From: Candidatus Fervidifonticultor secundus
Lineage (GTDB): Bacteria; Sysuimicrobiota; Sysuimicrobiia; Sysuimicrobiales; Humicultoraceae
Direction of reading: 5' to 3'
DNA length: 64,000 nt
Assembly (NCBI GenBank): GCA_031459385.1
Contig: JAVKIP010000007.1
Coordinates: 1 to 64,000 of the forward strand
The position numbers and the translations under genes were made by a program. The number at the start of each line of letters is the position of its first letter. The first letter of the stretch is position 1. This document shows positions 1 to 8,990 of this stretch, one piece after another. The notes under the pieces were generated by a model that saw nothing but the letters and a program-made list of their open reading frames with translations, was not told the DNA's origin and searched no databases.

Positions 1-39
1 GACCGCGGTGTCGATGGTGACCGGGCCTGTCGCGCCCCC

Positions 40-690
40 TTGCGCGCCGGCGACTGACCCGCTATGGGCCGGATGGCTTGCGCCCACGCCCGACGCGGCC
101 GACCCGCTGGCCCCGGCAGGCCACGCGGGCCCTGGAGCACCAGGTCGTAGCCCACGCGCTGCTCTGGCCGACGCATGGCCCGGCGCGCGTTGCCGCCCAA
201 CTGCGCCAGCCCCGCTGGGGTGGCTGGCAGGTGAGCGCCTCCGGCGTCTACGCCATCCTCTGCCGGCACCGGCTGCGCACCCGCTGGGAGCGGCTCATCA
301 AGCTGGAGGCGCACAGCGCAAGTACCCGCGGGCTGCTCACGGAGCGGACCCGCAAGCACCTGCGCCTGCCGCACGTGGAGGCCCAGTGGCCCGGGGATCT
401 GGTCTGCCTCGATGCCTTTTACATCGGCACGCTCAAAGGCGTAGGCAAAGTCTAGCAGCTCACCGCCTGCATCGCGGCCTGCCGGGCGCTGGGTATCCAG
501 CACCGACGGACCAAGCCGCGCCATGCCTGACGAATGCGTTTGTCGAGCGCTCGCAGGGCACAACCCAGCGAGCTGTGGCGGGTGGCCTTCCGGCGCACCT
601 CCTACACCAGCGTCGGGTCGCGATCTGCAGCGCCCGGGGCCGCGGTCATGGCTCAATGGGGTCGGGGTGCCCCTTGGGGCTACATACCCG
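40..690 (+). pseudogene. Degraded IS481-family transposase remnant
   Basis: RYGPDGLRPR...HGPARVAAQL...VSASGVYAIL...PGDLVCLDAFYIGTLKGVGKV is followed by an in-frame TAG (453-455) and QLTAC. Later fragments in shifted frames (TKPRHA-TNAFVERSQGT, ELWRVAFRR) indicate frameshifts and a deletion in the DDE core. Boundaries approximate. Confidence 0.75.
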
Positions 691-790
691 CCCGTCCCGG
701 GTAGCCCCTCTTCCCCCTGAGAGAGCGCGGAGAGATAGCTGTTGTTACATGTCTCTCACGGAGATCCTCCCAGGGTTGGGGTGAGCCAAA

Positions 791-1543
791 ATGCCCGCGC
801 AGGTTGTGGCGCGCTTTGCCGTTGACCATCCGATCCGGCCCGGAATGGTCCGGGCGATCCTCGACACGTTGCAGGCCCAGGGCGGTCCTTACGTGCCACA
901 GCTCTTCAGGCGGGCCGCCGGGGGAACACTTCAGCGGCTGACCGGGGCCCGACCGGCCGGCCTCCTGGACCAGCTGGAGGCCCCGGGGGAAGCCACCTTC
1001 CTGCGGGTGGCCGAGAGCCGGCCGCAGCCAGTCCTCTCGTTCGTGGTCAGCCCGAATCCGCGGGTGAGCCCGACGGAGGTACGGCTGGTGATACCGGGCG
1101 ATGTGCTGGCCTCCAGCCAGGAGGTCGAGCGCTTGCTCGGCGTGTGTAAGGGGCTCTACCTCTTTCTGGAGGCACCCTGGGGTGCTGTCGGATCCGGCGA
1201 ACGCGAAAACCCCGGGGAATCTGACGAGGTGGAGCCCCCCATCGTCCAGTGGGCGAACTTCCTGGGACCGGAACTGGTGGCCCGGGTGGGACCGGCCAGG
1301 GTGCTGACCTCGATGGCGTTCATCGTGGAGATCCTGCCGGACGGCGGCATCATGCTGGTGACCCACCCCACGCCGACGCTGGCAGAGACGGTCGACGGCA
1401 GGGCACTGCGCAGTGAGTTGGACGGCCTCCTGGGAGTGGCCGACCATGCTGGCCGACTCTTCGGCGGGGGACCGAAGCATCCCGGGCGCGCGGGTCTCCG
1501 CAGGGACGGTGGCCGCCGCATACGACTGAAACCGGTGGAGTGA
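791..1543 (+). CDS. Hypothetical protein, possibly a polymorphic-toxin immunity protein
   Basis: 250-aa ORF with coding-like composition. The C-terminal WANFLGPELVARVG...VEILPDGGIMLV is reminiscent of Imm52/DUF3396-like immunity proteins (pattern recognition only). Confidence 0.6.
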   Translation: MPAQVVARFAVDHPIRPGMVRAILDTLQAQGGPYVPQLFRRAAGGTLQRLTGARPAGLLDQLEAPGEATFLRVAESRPQPVLSFVVSPNPRVSPTEVRLVIPGDVLASSQEVERLLGVCKGLYLFLEAPWGAVGSGERENPGESDEVEPPIVQWANFLGPELVARVGPARVLTSMAFIVEILPDGGIMLVTHPTPTLAETVDGRALRSELDGLLGVADHAGRLFGGGPKHPGRAGLRRDGGRRIRLKPVE

Positions 1544-1544
1544 A

Positions 1545-2160
1545 GAGCCCGCCACTACGAAAGAGAGCCCGGGCTGCGGCGGTCCGCAGCACTGGTTCGC
1601 CAGCTCCGCAGGTTCCCGGATGGTAGCCGCTGCGGGTGCAGAACCTCCCCGTGGGGGGCCCGCGTGACGGCAGGCCCGCGAGGACGGGTATGCGCCGCTT
1701 GCGGTCGTCGCCTGGCGGCCGGGACGTGGCGCCGCCCCGCCCCTGGCGACACTCTCCCGTACCGCCTCGACGGGTCACTGCCCCCCTTGGCGGCTGACCT
1801 GTCCGGCTGACCCAGCCCCCTCCAGATCCAGTCGCCCCGTTGACCCGGTCGGTGAGTACCGGGGCGGCCGTGATTCTGTTTACCCGGCACCCGCCAGGCG
1901 TTGGGGAGCCTGAGTCGTCCCGGCCTTGCGGCCTTCCCGCCCCCGGTGGCGGTGGCGCAGGATGCTGACACGCCGTTGGGGGAGTCTGAGTCGTCCCGGC
2001 CTTGCGGCTCCCTCCCTCCGGCGGGGCCTTCATGGCCTCGACTGATCCCGGCAACGGGCCCCACGGGGTGACAACCGCAACATCTGGTAGGCCGGTCATC
2101 GGTTACCACGAGACATCGGCCCGATGTCAGGATTGCACCCGATCCGGTCTGCAAGAACCC
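1545..2160. ncRNA. Candidate long structured non-coding RNA, family and strand unresolved
   Basis: No credible ORF, many stem-loops, and a duplicated ~34-nt module (1899-1932, 1974-2008). Confidence 0.35.
1899..2008. repeat. Two-copy direct repeat with identical 23-nt core CTGAGTCGTCCCGGCCTTGCGGC
   Basis: Core at 1910-1932 and 1986-2008, each preceded by CGTTGGGG(G)AG; period 76 nt. Confidence 0.9.
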
Positions 2161-2221
2161 TTTGGTCCGGCCGCCCGCGACCTGTGACGAAAATTCCCGC
2201 AGCCTTTTCGCGTCTAACGGC

Positions 2222-2247
2222 AGGAGATTGTGGGAACCTGGAGAATA
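2222..2247 (+). promoter_or_regulatory. Sigma-H-like promoter upstream of mraZ
   Basis: AGGAGAT-N14-GAATA; the same motif and spacing recur before ftsA, and variants before yggS and others. Confidence 0.5.
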
Positions 2248-2275
2248 GCGTGGGGCAAAGTGGTGATGTGTGGGG
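2230..2275 (+). promoter_or_regulatory. MraZ-binding dcw boxes
   Basis: GTGG(G/T) at 2230, 2250, 2260 and 2270, in 10-bp phase immediately before the mraZ ATG. Confidence 0.8.
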
Positions 2276-2698
2276 ATGCTCCGCGGAGAGTTTCAGTATG
2301 CCCTCGACGAGAAAGGGCGCGTGGTGCTGCCGCCCAGGTTCCGGCGCGTGCTGGGGGACCAGGTGATCGTCACGCGTGGCATCGACCCGTGCATCGCCGT
2401 CTATTCACCCGCGGAATGGGCGAAAGTGGAGGAGGCCCTCAAGCGGCTCTCGACCAGCAAGCGAGACGTCACGCGATTCCTGCTGGCCGGCGCCGTGGAC
2501 CTTGACCTGGACCGGCAGGGGCGGATCACGCTGCCGCCCCACCTCCGGCAGCACGCCGGGATCGAGCGGGAGGTCGTGGTGGTGGGTCTGATCAGCCGGG
2601 TGGAGATCTGGAGCCGGGCGACGTGGCAGACCTACCTGGAGCAGGCGCAGAAGTCGGCGCCCAAGATCGCGGAACAGATCGAGGAACTCAGCATCTGA
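2276..2698 (+). CDS. mraZ: Division/cell-wall cluster transcriptional repressor MraZ
   Basis: [19 protein letters not shown] and second repeat [11 protein letters not shown]; first gene of dcw. Confidence 0.97.
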   Translation: MLRGEFQYALDEKGRVVLPPRFRRVLGDQVIVTRGIDPCIAVYSPAEWAKVEEALKRLSTSKRDVTRFLLAGAVDLDLDRQGRITLPPHLRQHAGIEREVVVVGLISRVEIWSRATWQTYLEQAQKSAPKIAEQIEELSI

Positions 2699-2702
2699 TC
2701 CG

Positions 2703-3788
2703 ATGTCAGCGGGGGCCGCTGACGTCACCGGGCACGTCCCGGTGTTGCTCGAGGAGGTCCTCACCTGGCTGGCTCCGCGGCCAGGGGGGGTGTTCGTCGA
2801 CGCCACTGTCGGGGGCGGTGGCCATGCGGAGGCGATCCTGGAGCGCGTGGTCCCGGGGGGGATCGTGCTCGGGATCGACCGTGATCCTGACGCTCTGGCG
2901 GTAGCGGCGCGGCGGCTCGCACGGTTCGGCTCGGCGGTCATGTTGCGGCACGCGAACTACTCGGCGATCCGCCAGGTGGTCGCGGAGGCCGGTATCGGAG
3001 CGGTGGACGGCATCGTGATGGATCTGGGGCCTTCTTCGTTGCAGTTGGACGCGGCCGAGCGCGGGTTCAGCTTCCTGCGGTCCGGGCCGCTGGACATGCG
3101 CATGGATCGCACCGAGCCGCGCACGGCCGCCGACCTCGTGAACACGCTGACCGAAGACGACCTGGCCGACCTCATCCGGCGGTACGGCGAGGAGCGGTGG
3201 GCGCGGCGGATTGCGCGGGCGATCGTTGCCCGGCGCCCACTGACGACCACCAACGCGCTGGCGGCGGTCGTCGCCGACGCGATCCCCCGGCGCGCGTGGC
3301 CGCGCGGCATCCATCCGGCGACCCGCACGTTCCAGGCCCTGCGGATCGCCGTCAACCAAGAGCTGGAGCATCTTGCACGTGCACTACCCGATGCGGTGGG
3401 GACTCTCCGGGGGGGAGGTCGACTCTGCGTAATCACCTTCCACTCCCTGGAAGATCGTCTCGTCAAACACACCCTCCTGCGCCTCTCCCGTGGCTGCACC
3501 TGCCCTCCCGGGAGCCCCACCTGCACCTGCGGCGGCCGGCGGTGGCTGCGCGTGCTGACGCGCAAGCCGCAGACGCCGTCTGCCGAAGAGATCGCACGCA
3601 ACCCGCGGGCACGCAGCGCCAAGCTGCGGGTCGCAGAACGCCTGTCAGGCGACGATTCCACAGATGCGCCGGAGGCCGGGCAACACAGCGCTGATCGCAC
3701 CCTCCCCTCCACCGCACTTAACGCTTCTCCTCCGGCACCCGGCTTCCGGCGCTCTGGTCGTCGACGGGGGAACGTACGGCTGTCATGA
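2703..3788 (+). CDS. rsmH: 16S rRNA m4C1402 methyltransferase
   Basis: [50 protein letters not shown]. Confidence 0.98.
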   Translation: MSAGAADVTGHVPVLLEEVLTWLAPRPGGVFVDATVGGGGHAEAILERVVPGGIVLGIDRDPDALAVAARRLARFGSAVMLRHANYSAIRQVVAEAGIGAVDGIVMDLGPSSLQLDAAERGFSFLRSGPLDMRMDRTEPRTAADLVNTLTEDDLADLIRRYGEERWARRIARAIVARRPLTTTNALAAVVADAIPRRAWPRGIHPATRTFQALRIAVNQELEHLARALPDAVGTLRGGGRLCVITFHSLEDRLVKHTLLRLSRGCTCPPGSPTCTCGGRRWLRVLTRKPQTPSAEEIARNPRARSAKLRVAERLSGDDSTDAPEAGQHSADRTLPSTALNASPPAPGFRRSGRRRGNVRLS

Positions 3789-4243
3789 GTGCGAGCGAAC
3801 AGCACGCCCGGGTCTATCCGGTCTGGATGCCGGACCGGCCAGCCCGGCACGCGCGACAGCGCCGGCGGCGCCTGTCCCCGATAGCCGGCGCGATGGTGAT
3901 GGCGGTCCTCTGCACCCTGCCCGCGCTGGTCCTGGTCGCCCAACGCGCCCAGCGAGCCGAGACGGGCTATGCGATCCTGCGGCTGCAGCGCGAGGTCGCG
4001 CAGTTGCGCGCCGATCACGCGCGGCTCTCCGCGCAGGTGTCGGCGCTGCGGGCGCCGCACCGGATCGAGCAGATCGCCACCACAGAGCTGGGCATGGTGC
4101 CGCCCCGCCAGCCACAGCTCGCCGCCATCACCATCGGGCCGACTATCGCGCGGGTCGAGGCGCCCGCCGCGCCCGGCGGCGTCCTGCGCCGGCTGACCAG
4201 GATCTTCACGGACCATGAGGCCGAGGCCCGCGAGCGGCGATGA
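3785..4243 (+). CDS. ftsL: Cell division protein FtsL
   Basis: Basic N-terminus, one TM helix, coiled coil, [12 protein letters not shown]; lies between rsmH and ftsI. Confidence 0.85.
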   Translation: MSASEQHARVYPVWMPDRPARHARQRRRRLSPIAGAMVMAVLCTLPALVLVAQRAQRAETGYAILRLQREVAQLRADHARLSAQVSALRAPHRIEQIATTELGMVPPRQPQLAAITIGPTIARVEAPAAPGGVLRRLTRIFTDHEAEARERR

Positions 4244-6030
4244 CGTATCATCACGGCCGGCGGCCCCCCGGGTCGGGTGAGCGGTCCGGGGGGCAGTCGT
4301 TTCGCGCCGCGCGAGCGGAGCACGCCCACCACCGCCTGATCCGCGCGCGGGCCATCGTAGTGGGCGCGGCCGTGGCGGCCGCGATGGTCGCGCTGGCGCT
4401 GCGGCTGGTCACCCTGCACGTGCTCGAGGCCCAGCAGCTCGCAGAGCTCGCAGAACGCCAGCAGCAGGGCACCGTGGTGCTCGTACCCCTGCGCGGCCGC
4501 CTGCTGGACCGCGCCGGCCGCCCGCTGGCCGTCAACGTCGAGGCACCGTCCGTCTACGCGGTGCCCTCGCGGATCGCCGATCCGTGGGCCTTCGCCCGGA
4601 CCGTGGCGCCCATGCTGGGGCAGCCGCCGGCTGACCTGATGTCGCGGCTCGACCGCCGGCGTCACTTCGTCTGGCTGGCCCGCAAGGTGTCGCCGGCTGT
4701 CGCCAAGCGGCTCGAGGGGCTGGACCTGGCTCCGCCGGTGGGCCTGCTCACCGAGCACCGCCGCGTCTACCCCAACGGCCCCCTGGCGGCGCACGTGGTG
4801 GGGTTCGCGGGTATCGACAACCAGGGGCTGGCCGGTGCCGAGCTGGCGTTCGACCAGGATCTGCGTGGAGTCGAGGGGCGCGCCACGGTCGAGCGCGATG
4901 CCATGGGCCGTCCCCTGATCGAAACGCAGCGGCTCGTCAGGCCACCGCAGGATGGGGCGGACGTCGTCCTGACGATCGACCAGGTAGTCCAGCACATCGC
5001 CGAGCGGGAACTGGCGCTGGCGCTGGCGCAGTCGCGAGCGCGATCGGGAGCCATCCTGGTGATGGAGCCGGCGACGGGAGAGCTGCTGGCCGTCGCCGCC
5101 GCGCCCGGCTTCGATCCCAACCAGTTCGCCTCGGTCCCCCCGGCCCGGTGGAGCAACCCGGCGGTCTCGTCGGTGCTGGAGCCGGGCTCGACCTTCAAGA
5201 TCGTCCTGGCTGCCGCGGCGCTGGAGCACCACGCGGTCGACCTGCAGGAGGTCTTCACCAGCGACGGGACGTACCGCGTCGCCGGCCATGTGATCCGCGA
5301 GGCCCACGGCCGCGTCTACCGCCGCCAGACCCTGGCCGACATCATCGCCAACTCGTCCAATGTTGGCGCCGCGATGGTGGCCACGCGGCTGGGCAAGGAG
5401 CGCTTCTACGCGGCGATCAGGCAGTTCGGGTTTGGTGCGGTGACCGGCGTGGACCTGCCGGGTGAGGTGCAGGGGCTCGTGCCCCCGCCGGATCGGTGGC
5501 TGGGCCCGGGGCTGCAGACGATCGCCTTCGGGCAGGGTATCTCGGTGACGCCGCTGCAGATGCTGGCGGCCGGGGTGGCGCTGGCCAACGAGGGCGCCTG
5601 GGTCCGTCCGCACGTGCTCCGGCAGGTGCGCGATGCCGCCGGCCGTACGCTACGCGTGCCCACAGCCGAGCCGCCGCGGCGGGTCACCACGCCCGAGGTC
5701 GCGCGGCAGGTCATGGCCATGATGGAGGAGGCGGTGGCGCGCGGGACCGGGACGCTGGCGAAGCTCGAGGGCTACCGGATCGCGGGCAAGACCGGCACGG
5801 CCCAGAAACCCGCGCCCGGCGGTGGCTACCGGCCGGGCGCCTACGTCGCGTCGTTCCTCGGCGTGGTGAGCACGGATCGTCCGGTGCTGACCGTGCTCGT
5901 ATTGCTCGACGAGCCTCAGGGGGCGTACTACGGCGGCGCCGTGGCCGCCCCGGTGTTCCGCGCGGTCGCGGCGCAGGCGCTGTGGCACCTGCGGGTCGCG
6001 CCGGTCGCTGCGCTGGCCGCCGGGCGATGA
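4240..6030 (+). CDS. ftsI: Class B penicillin-binding protein (FtsI/SpoVD family)
   Basis: RGRLLDR, RVYP, EPGSTFK (SxxK), SSNVG (SxN), KTGTAQK. Confidence 0.95.
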   Translation: MTYHHGRRPPGSGERSGGQSFRAARAEHAHHRLIRARAIVVGAAVAAAMVALALRLVTLHVLEAQQLAELAERQQQGTVVLVPLRGRLLDRAGRPLAVNVEAPSVYAVPSRIADPWAFARTVAPMLGQPPADLMSRLDRRRHFVWLARKVSPAVAKRLEGLDLAPPVGLLTEHRRVYPNGPLAAHVVGFAGIDNQGLAGAELAFDQDLRGVEGRATVERDAMGRPLIETQRLVRPPQDGADVVLTIDQVVQHIAERELALALAQSRARSGAILVMEPATGELLAVAAAPGFDPNQFASVPPARWSNPAVSSVLEPGSTFKIVLAAAALEHHAVDLQEVFTSDGTYRVAGHVIREAHGRVYRRQTLADIIANSSNVGAAMVATRLGKERFYAAIRQFGFGAVTGVDLPGEVQGLVPPPDRWLGPGLQTIAFGQGISVTPLQMLAAGVALANEGAWVRPHVLRQVRDAAGRTLRVPTAEPPRRVTTPEVARQVMAMMEEAVARGTGTLAKLEGYRIAGKTGTAQKPAPGGGYRPGAYVASFLGVVSTDRPVLTVLVLLDEPQGAYYGGAVAAPVFRAVAAQALWHLRVAPVAALAAGR

Positions 6031-6059
6031 GCCGCATCGGGGCCGGCTGAGGACGCGAC

Positions 6060-6068
6060 TGTTATAAT
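6060..6068 (+). promoter_or_regulatory. Extended -10 promoter upstream of murE (internal dcw promoter)
   Basis: TGtTATAAT in the ftsI-murE gap; GGAGG RBS at 6084-6088. Confidence 0.65.
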
Positions 6069-6096
6069 GGGCAGGGGCTCGCGGGAGGGCATTCGC

Positions 6097-7593
6097 ATGC
6101 AGGTGCGCGCGCTGCTGACGGAGCTCGACGCCCCGTCGGTGGTCGGCGACGCGGATCGAGAGGTTGTGGGCCTGGCGTACCACTCCCGGGAGGTGCGGCC
6201 GGGCTTCCTGTTCGCCGCGATCCGGGGCCAGCAGCACGACGGCCACGCGTTCATCGACGAGGCGCTCGCGCACGGCGCGGTCGCGGTGCTGGTGGAGCGC
6301 CCGGTGCCGCCGCGGCCGGGCGTGACGTGGATTCGCGTGGCCGACAGCCGCCGTGCCCTGGCGGCCGCTGCCGCCGCGTTCTTCGGGCACCCCTCCCGGC
6401 GCCTGCGCGTGGTGGGCGTCACGGGCACAAACGGCAAGGGCGCGACGACCCACCTCGTGGAAGCCGTCCTGCGGCGCGCCGGATGGCGGTGCGGGATCAT
6501 CGGGACCATGGGGATCGTCGTGGACGGCGTGGCGGCCCCGGCCGACCGGACCACGCCCGAGGCGCCCGACCTGCAGGCCGCGCTTCGCCAGATGGCGGAC
6601 CGCGGGTGCGGCTACGCGGCGGTGGAGGTGGCCTCGCACGCGCTGGCCCTGGAGCGCATCGCCGGCACGCGCGTGGAGATCGCGGTCTTTACCAACCTCA
6701 CCCGCGACCACCTGGACTTCCACGGCAGCATGGAGGCCTACCGGGCCGCGAAGGCCCGCCTGTTCGCCATGGTGGAGCCGTCGGGCTGGACCGTGCTCAA
6801 CGCGGACGACCCGACCTCGGCCGTGCTGCGTCGCGTGAGCCGCGCGCCCGTGCTCACCTACGGCCTGCGCGCGCCCGCCGACGTCCGGGGCCGCGACGTG
6901 ACCCTCGATCTCCGGGGGAGCACCTTCGTGGCCGAGACGCCGCGCGGGGTGGTCCGCGTGCGCCTGCGTCTGGTGGGCGCCTTCAACGTGGCCAACGCCC
7001 TGGCGGCGCTGGCGGTGGGGCTCACGCAGGGCGTGCCGTTGGAGGCCATGGCGGACGCGCTCGGCGCGCTGCCGGGCATTCCCGGCCGGTTCGAGGCGGT
7101 GCAGGAAGGCCAGCCGTTCGCGGTCATCGTCGACTACGCGCACACGCCCGACGGGCTGGAGAACGTGCTGCGGGCTGCGCGGGCGATCACGGCGGGCCGG
7201 CTCATCGTGGTGTTCGGCTGCGGAGGCGATCGCGACCGCACCAAGCGGCCCATCATGGGCCGCATCGCGGCCGAGTGGGGTGACGTCGTCGTCGTCACCT
7301 CGGACAACCCGCGCAGCGAGGAGCCCGTGGCGATCATTGAGGAGATACGCCCCGGCGTGGAGCGCGCGGCGCGGGAGCACGCCGTGGAGATCCTGATCGA
7401 GCCGGACCGGCGCCGGGCCATTCAGATGGCGCTGCAGGCGGCGCGGCCCGGCGACCTGGTCATGGTCGCCGGGAAGGGCCACGAGACCTACCAGGAGATC
7501 CGCGGGACGAAATACCCCTTCGACGACCGCCAGGTCGTGCGCGAGGCGCTGCGGGCTGGCGGCGCGCCGGCGGGCCGGCCCGTCGCGCCGTGA
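6097..7593 (+). CDS. murE: UDP-MurNAc-dipeptide--diaminopimelate ligase
   Basis: TTPE, EVASH, TNLTRDHLDFH, DYAHTPDG, GCGGDRD, DNPR (mDAP-type), AGKGHE. Confidence 0.96.
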   Translation: MQVRALLTELDAPSVVGDADREVVGLAYHSREVRPGFLFAAIRGQQHDGHAFIDEALAHGAVAVLVERPVPPRPGVTWIRVADSRRALAAAAAAFFGHPSRRLRVVGVTGTNGKGATTHLVEAVLRRAGWRCGIIGTMGIVVDGVAAPADRTTPEAPDLQAALRQMADRGCGYAAVEVASHALALERIAGTRVEIAVFTNLTRDHLDFHGSMEAYRAAKARLFAMVEPSGWTVLNADDPTSAVLRRVSRAPVLTYGLRAPADVRGRDVTLDLRGSTFVAETPRGVVRVRLRLVGAFNVANALAALAVGLTQGVPLEAMADALGALPGIPGRFEAVQEGQPFAVIVDYAHTPDGLENVLRAARAITAGRLIVVFGCGGDRDRTKRPIMGRIAAEWGDVVVVTSDNPRSEEPVAIIEEIRPGVERAAREHAVEILIEPDRRRAIQMALQAARPGDLVMVAGKGHETYQEIRGTKYPFDDRQVVREALRAGGAPAGRPVAP

Positions 7594-8990
7594 GCCTGCG
7601 GCTGACCACACCTGACCTGGTGGCGGCCACGGGCGGCCGGCTGGTCGTTCCTCCCGGCGCCGTCGCGCCCGCGGCCGTGACCGGCGTCGCCACCGACAGC
7701 CGCACAGCCGCACCCGGCGACCTGTTCGTCGCCCTGCGCGGACCGGCAACGGACGGACACCGCTTCGTGGCCGATGCGGTTGCCCGCGGCGCGGTGCTGG
7801 CGCTGGTCAGCAAGCCGTCGGCGGCGGCCGGGGTCGCGGCGGTCGTGGTGGACGACACGCTGCGGGCCCTGGGGGCCGTAGCCGCGCTGTGGCGCCGGCG
7901 CCTGTCGCTCACGGTGGTGGGCGTCACCGGCAGCGTCGGCAAGACGACGACGGTGGCGCTGACCGCGCACGTGTTGGAGCGCCGGTTCACGGTGGCGCGC
8001 ACCGCGGAGTCCTGGAACGCCGAGATCGGCGTGCCGCTGGCGCTGCTGCGCCTCCGGGCCGAGCATCAGGTGGCGGTGCTGGAGATGGCGATGCGCGGTC
8101 CCGGGCAGATTCGCGACCTGGCGGTCATGGCGCGCCCCCGGCTCGGCGTGGTCACGCTGATCGGCGACGCGCACCTGGAGCTCCTGGGGTCGCGCGAGGC
8201 CATCGCGGCGGCGAAAGCCGAACTGCTCGAGAGCCTGCCCGACGACGGGGTGGCGATCGTGAACGTGGACGATCCGTGGACCCCGCGGCTGCTGCGCGGG
8301 GTGCGGTGCCAGGTGCTGCGCGCCGGGCTGGGCGCGGGTGCCGAGGTCAGGGCGAGCGACGTCGTGCCCTCGGAGACGGGCATGACCTTCACGCTGCACG
8401 CGGGCGGCGCGCAGGTACAGGCGGCGCTGCCGCTGCCGGGGCGCCACCAGGTGCAGAACGCCGTGCTCGCGGCGGCGGTGGGAGTCGCGCTCGGCGTGTC
8501 GCTGCCGGAGGTGGCCGCGGGGCTGGCCCGCGCCCGGCCGCCCAGGATGCGCCAGCAGGTTGTGTCCGTGGCGGATGTGCTCGTGATCGACGACTCGTAC
8601 AACGCCAGCCCGCAGTCCATGCGCGCAGCCTTCGACGCCCTGATGCAGGTCGGCGGCGCACGCCGGCGCGTGCTGGTGCTGGGCGAGATGCGCGAGCTGG
8701 GCCCGCAGGCGTACGAGATGCATCGCGAGGTCGGGCGCAGCGCCGCGGCGCTGCGGCCTGCCTTCCTGCTCGCGGTCGGCCCGGCGGCGCGGGCCTACCT
8801 GGAGGGCGCCATGGCGGCGGGCGCGCCGCCCGAGGCCCTGGCCTGGGTCCCGAACGTGCAGGCGGCGCTCCCCCTCCTGCGGAGCGTGGTGGGGCCTGGC
8901 GACGCGGTGCTCGTGAAGGGCTCGCGCGCCGTCGAGATGGAGCACCTGGTGGCCGGGCTGGGAGCCCGCGAGCCCGCAGGGTCCCCATGA
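7590..8990 (+). CDS. murF: UDP-MurNAc-tripeptide--D-Ala-D-Ala ligase
   Basis: TDSR, GSVGKTTT, NAEIGVP, EMAM, DDSYNASP, KGSR. Confidence 0.96.
   Translation: MSLRLTTPDLVAATGGRLVVPPGAVAPAAVTGVATDSRTAAPGDLFVALRGPATDGHRFVADAVARGAVLALVSKPSAAAGVAAVVVDDTLRALGAVAALWRRRLSLTVVGVTGSVGKTTTVALTAHVLERRFTVARTAESWNAEIGVPLALLRLRAEHQVAVLEMAMRGPGQIRDLAVMARPRLGVVTLIGDAHLELLGSREAIAAAKAELLESLPDDGVAIVNVDDPWTPRLLRGVRCQVLRAGLGAGAEVRASDVVPSETGMTFTLHAGGAQVQAALPLPGRHQVQNAVLAAAVGVALGVSLPEVAAGLARARPPRMRQQVVSVADVLVIDDSYNASPQSMRAAFDALMQVGGARRRVLVLGEMRELGPQAYEMHREVGRSAAALRPAFLLAVGPAARAYLEGAMAAGAPPEALAWVPNVQAALPLLRSVVGPGDAVLVKGSRAVEMEHLVAGLGAREPAGSP

Noticed and set aside
1899..2008. Mini-CRISPR (34-nt repeat, 41-nt spacer, repeat)
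   Set aside because: Only two copies, no cas genes, no typical repeat ends, and the 'spacer' pairs with the repeats as part of a larger fold.
1350..2154. Minus-strand ORFs 1350-2099 and 1555-2154
   Set aside because: Low-complexity P/R/G/A translations, no RBS and no recognisable domain.
1545..2160. Cobalamin, c-di-GMP-I, glycine or ZTP riboswitch, RNase P, SRP, 6S or OLE RNA
   Set aside because: Only fragmentary resemblance (GCCAC..GGGAAGG, GNRA+GGGACG, AACAGAA, ACGGGGAGGT). Essential conserved blocks are missing and no gene follows on the minus strand.
3494..3530. [12 protein letters not shown] motif in RsmH
   Set aside because: Common insertion in RsmH from Clostridia-like and other lineages; not novel.
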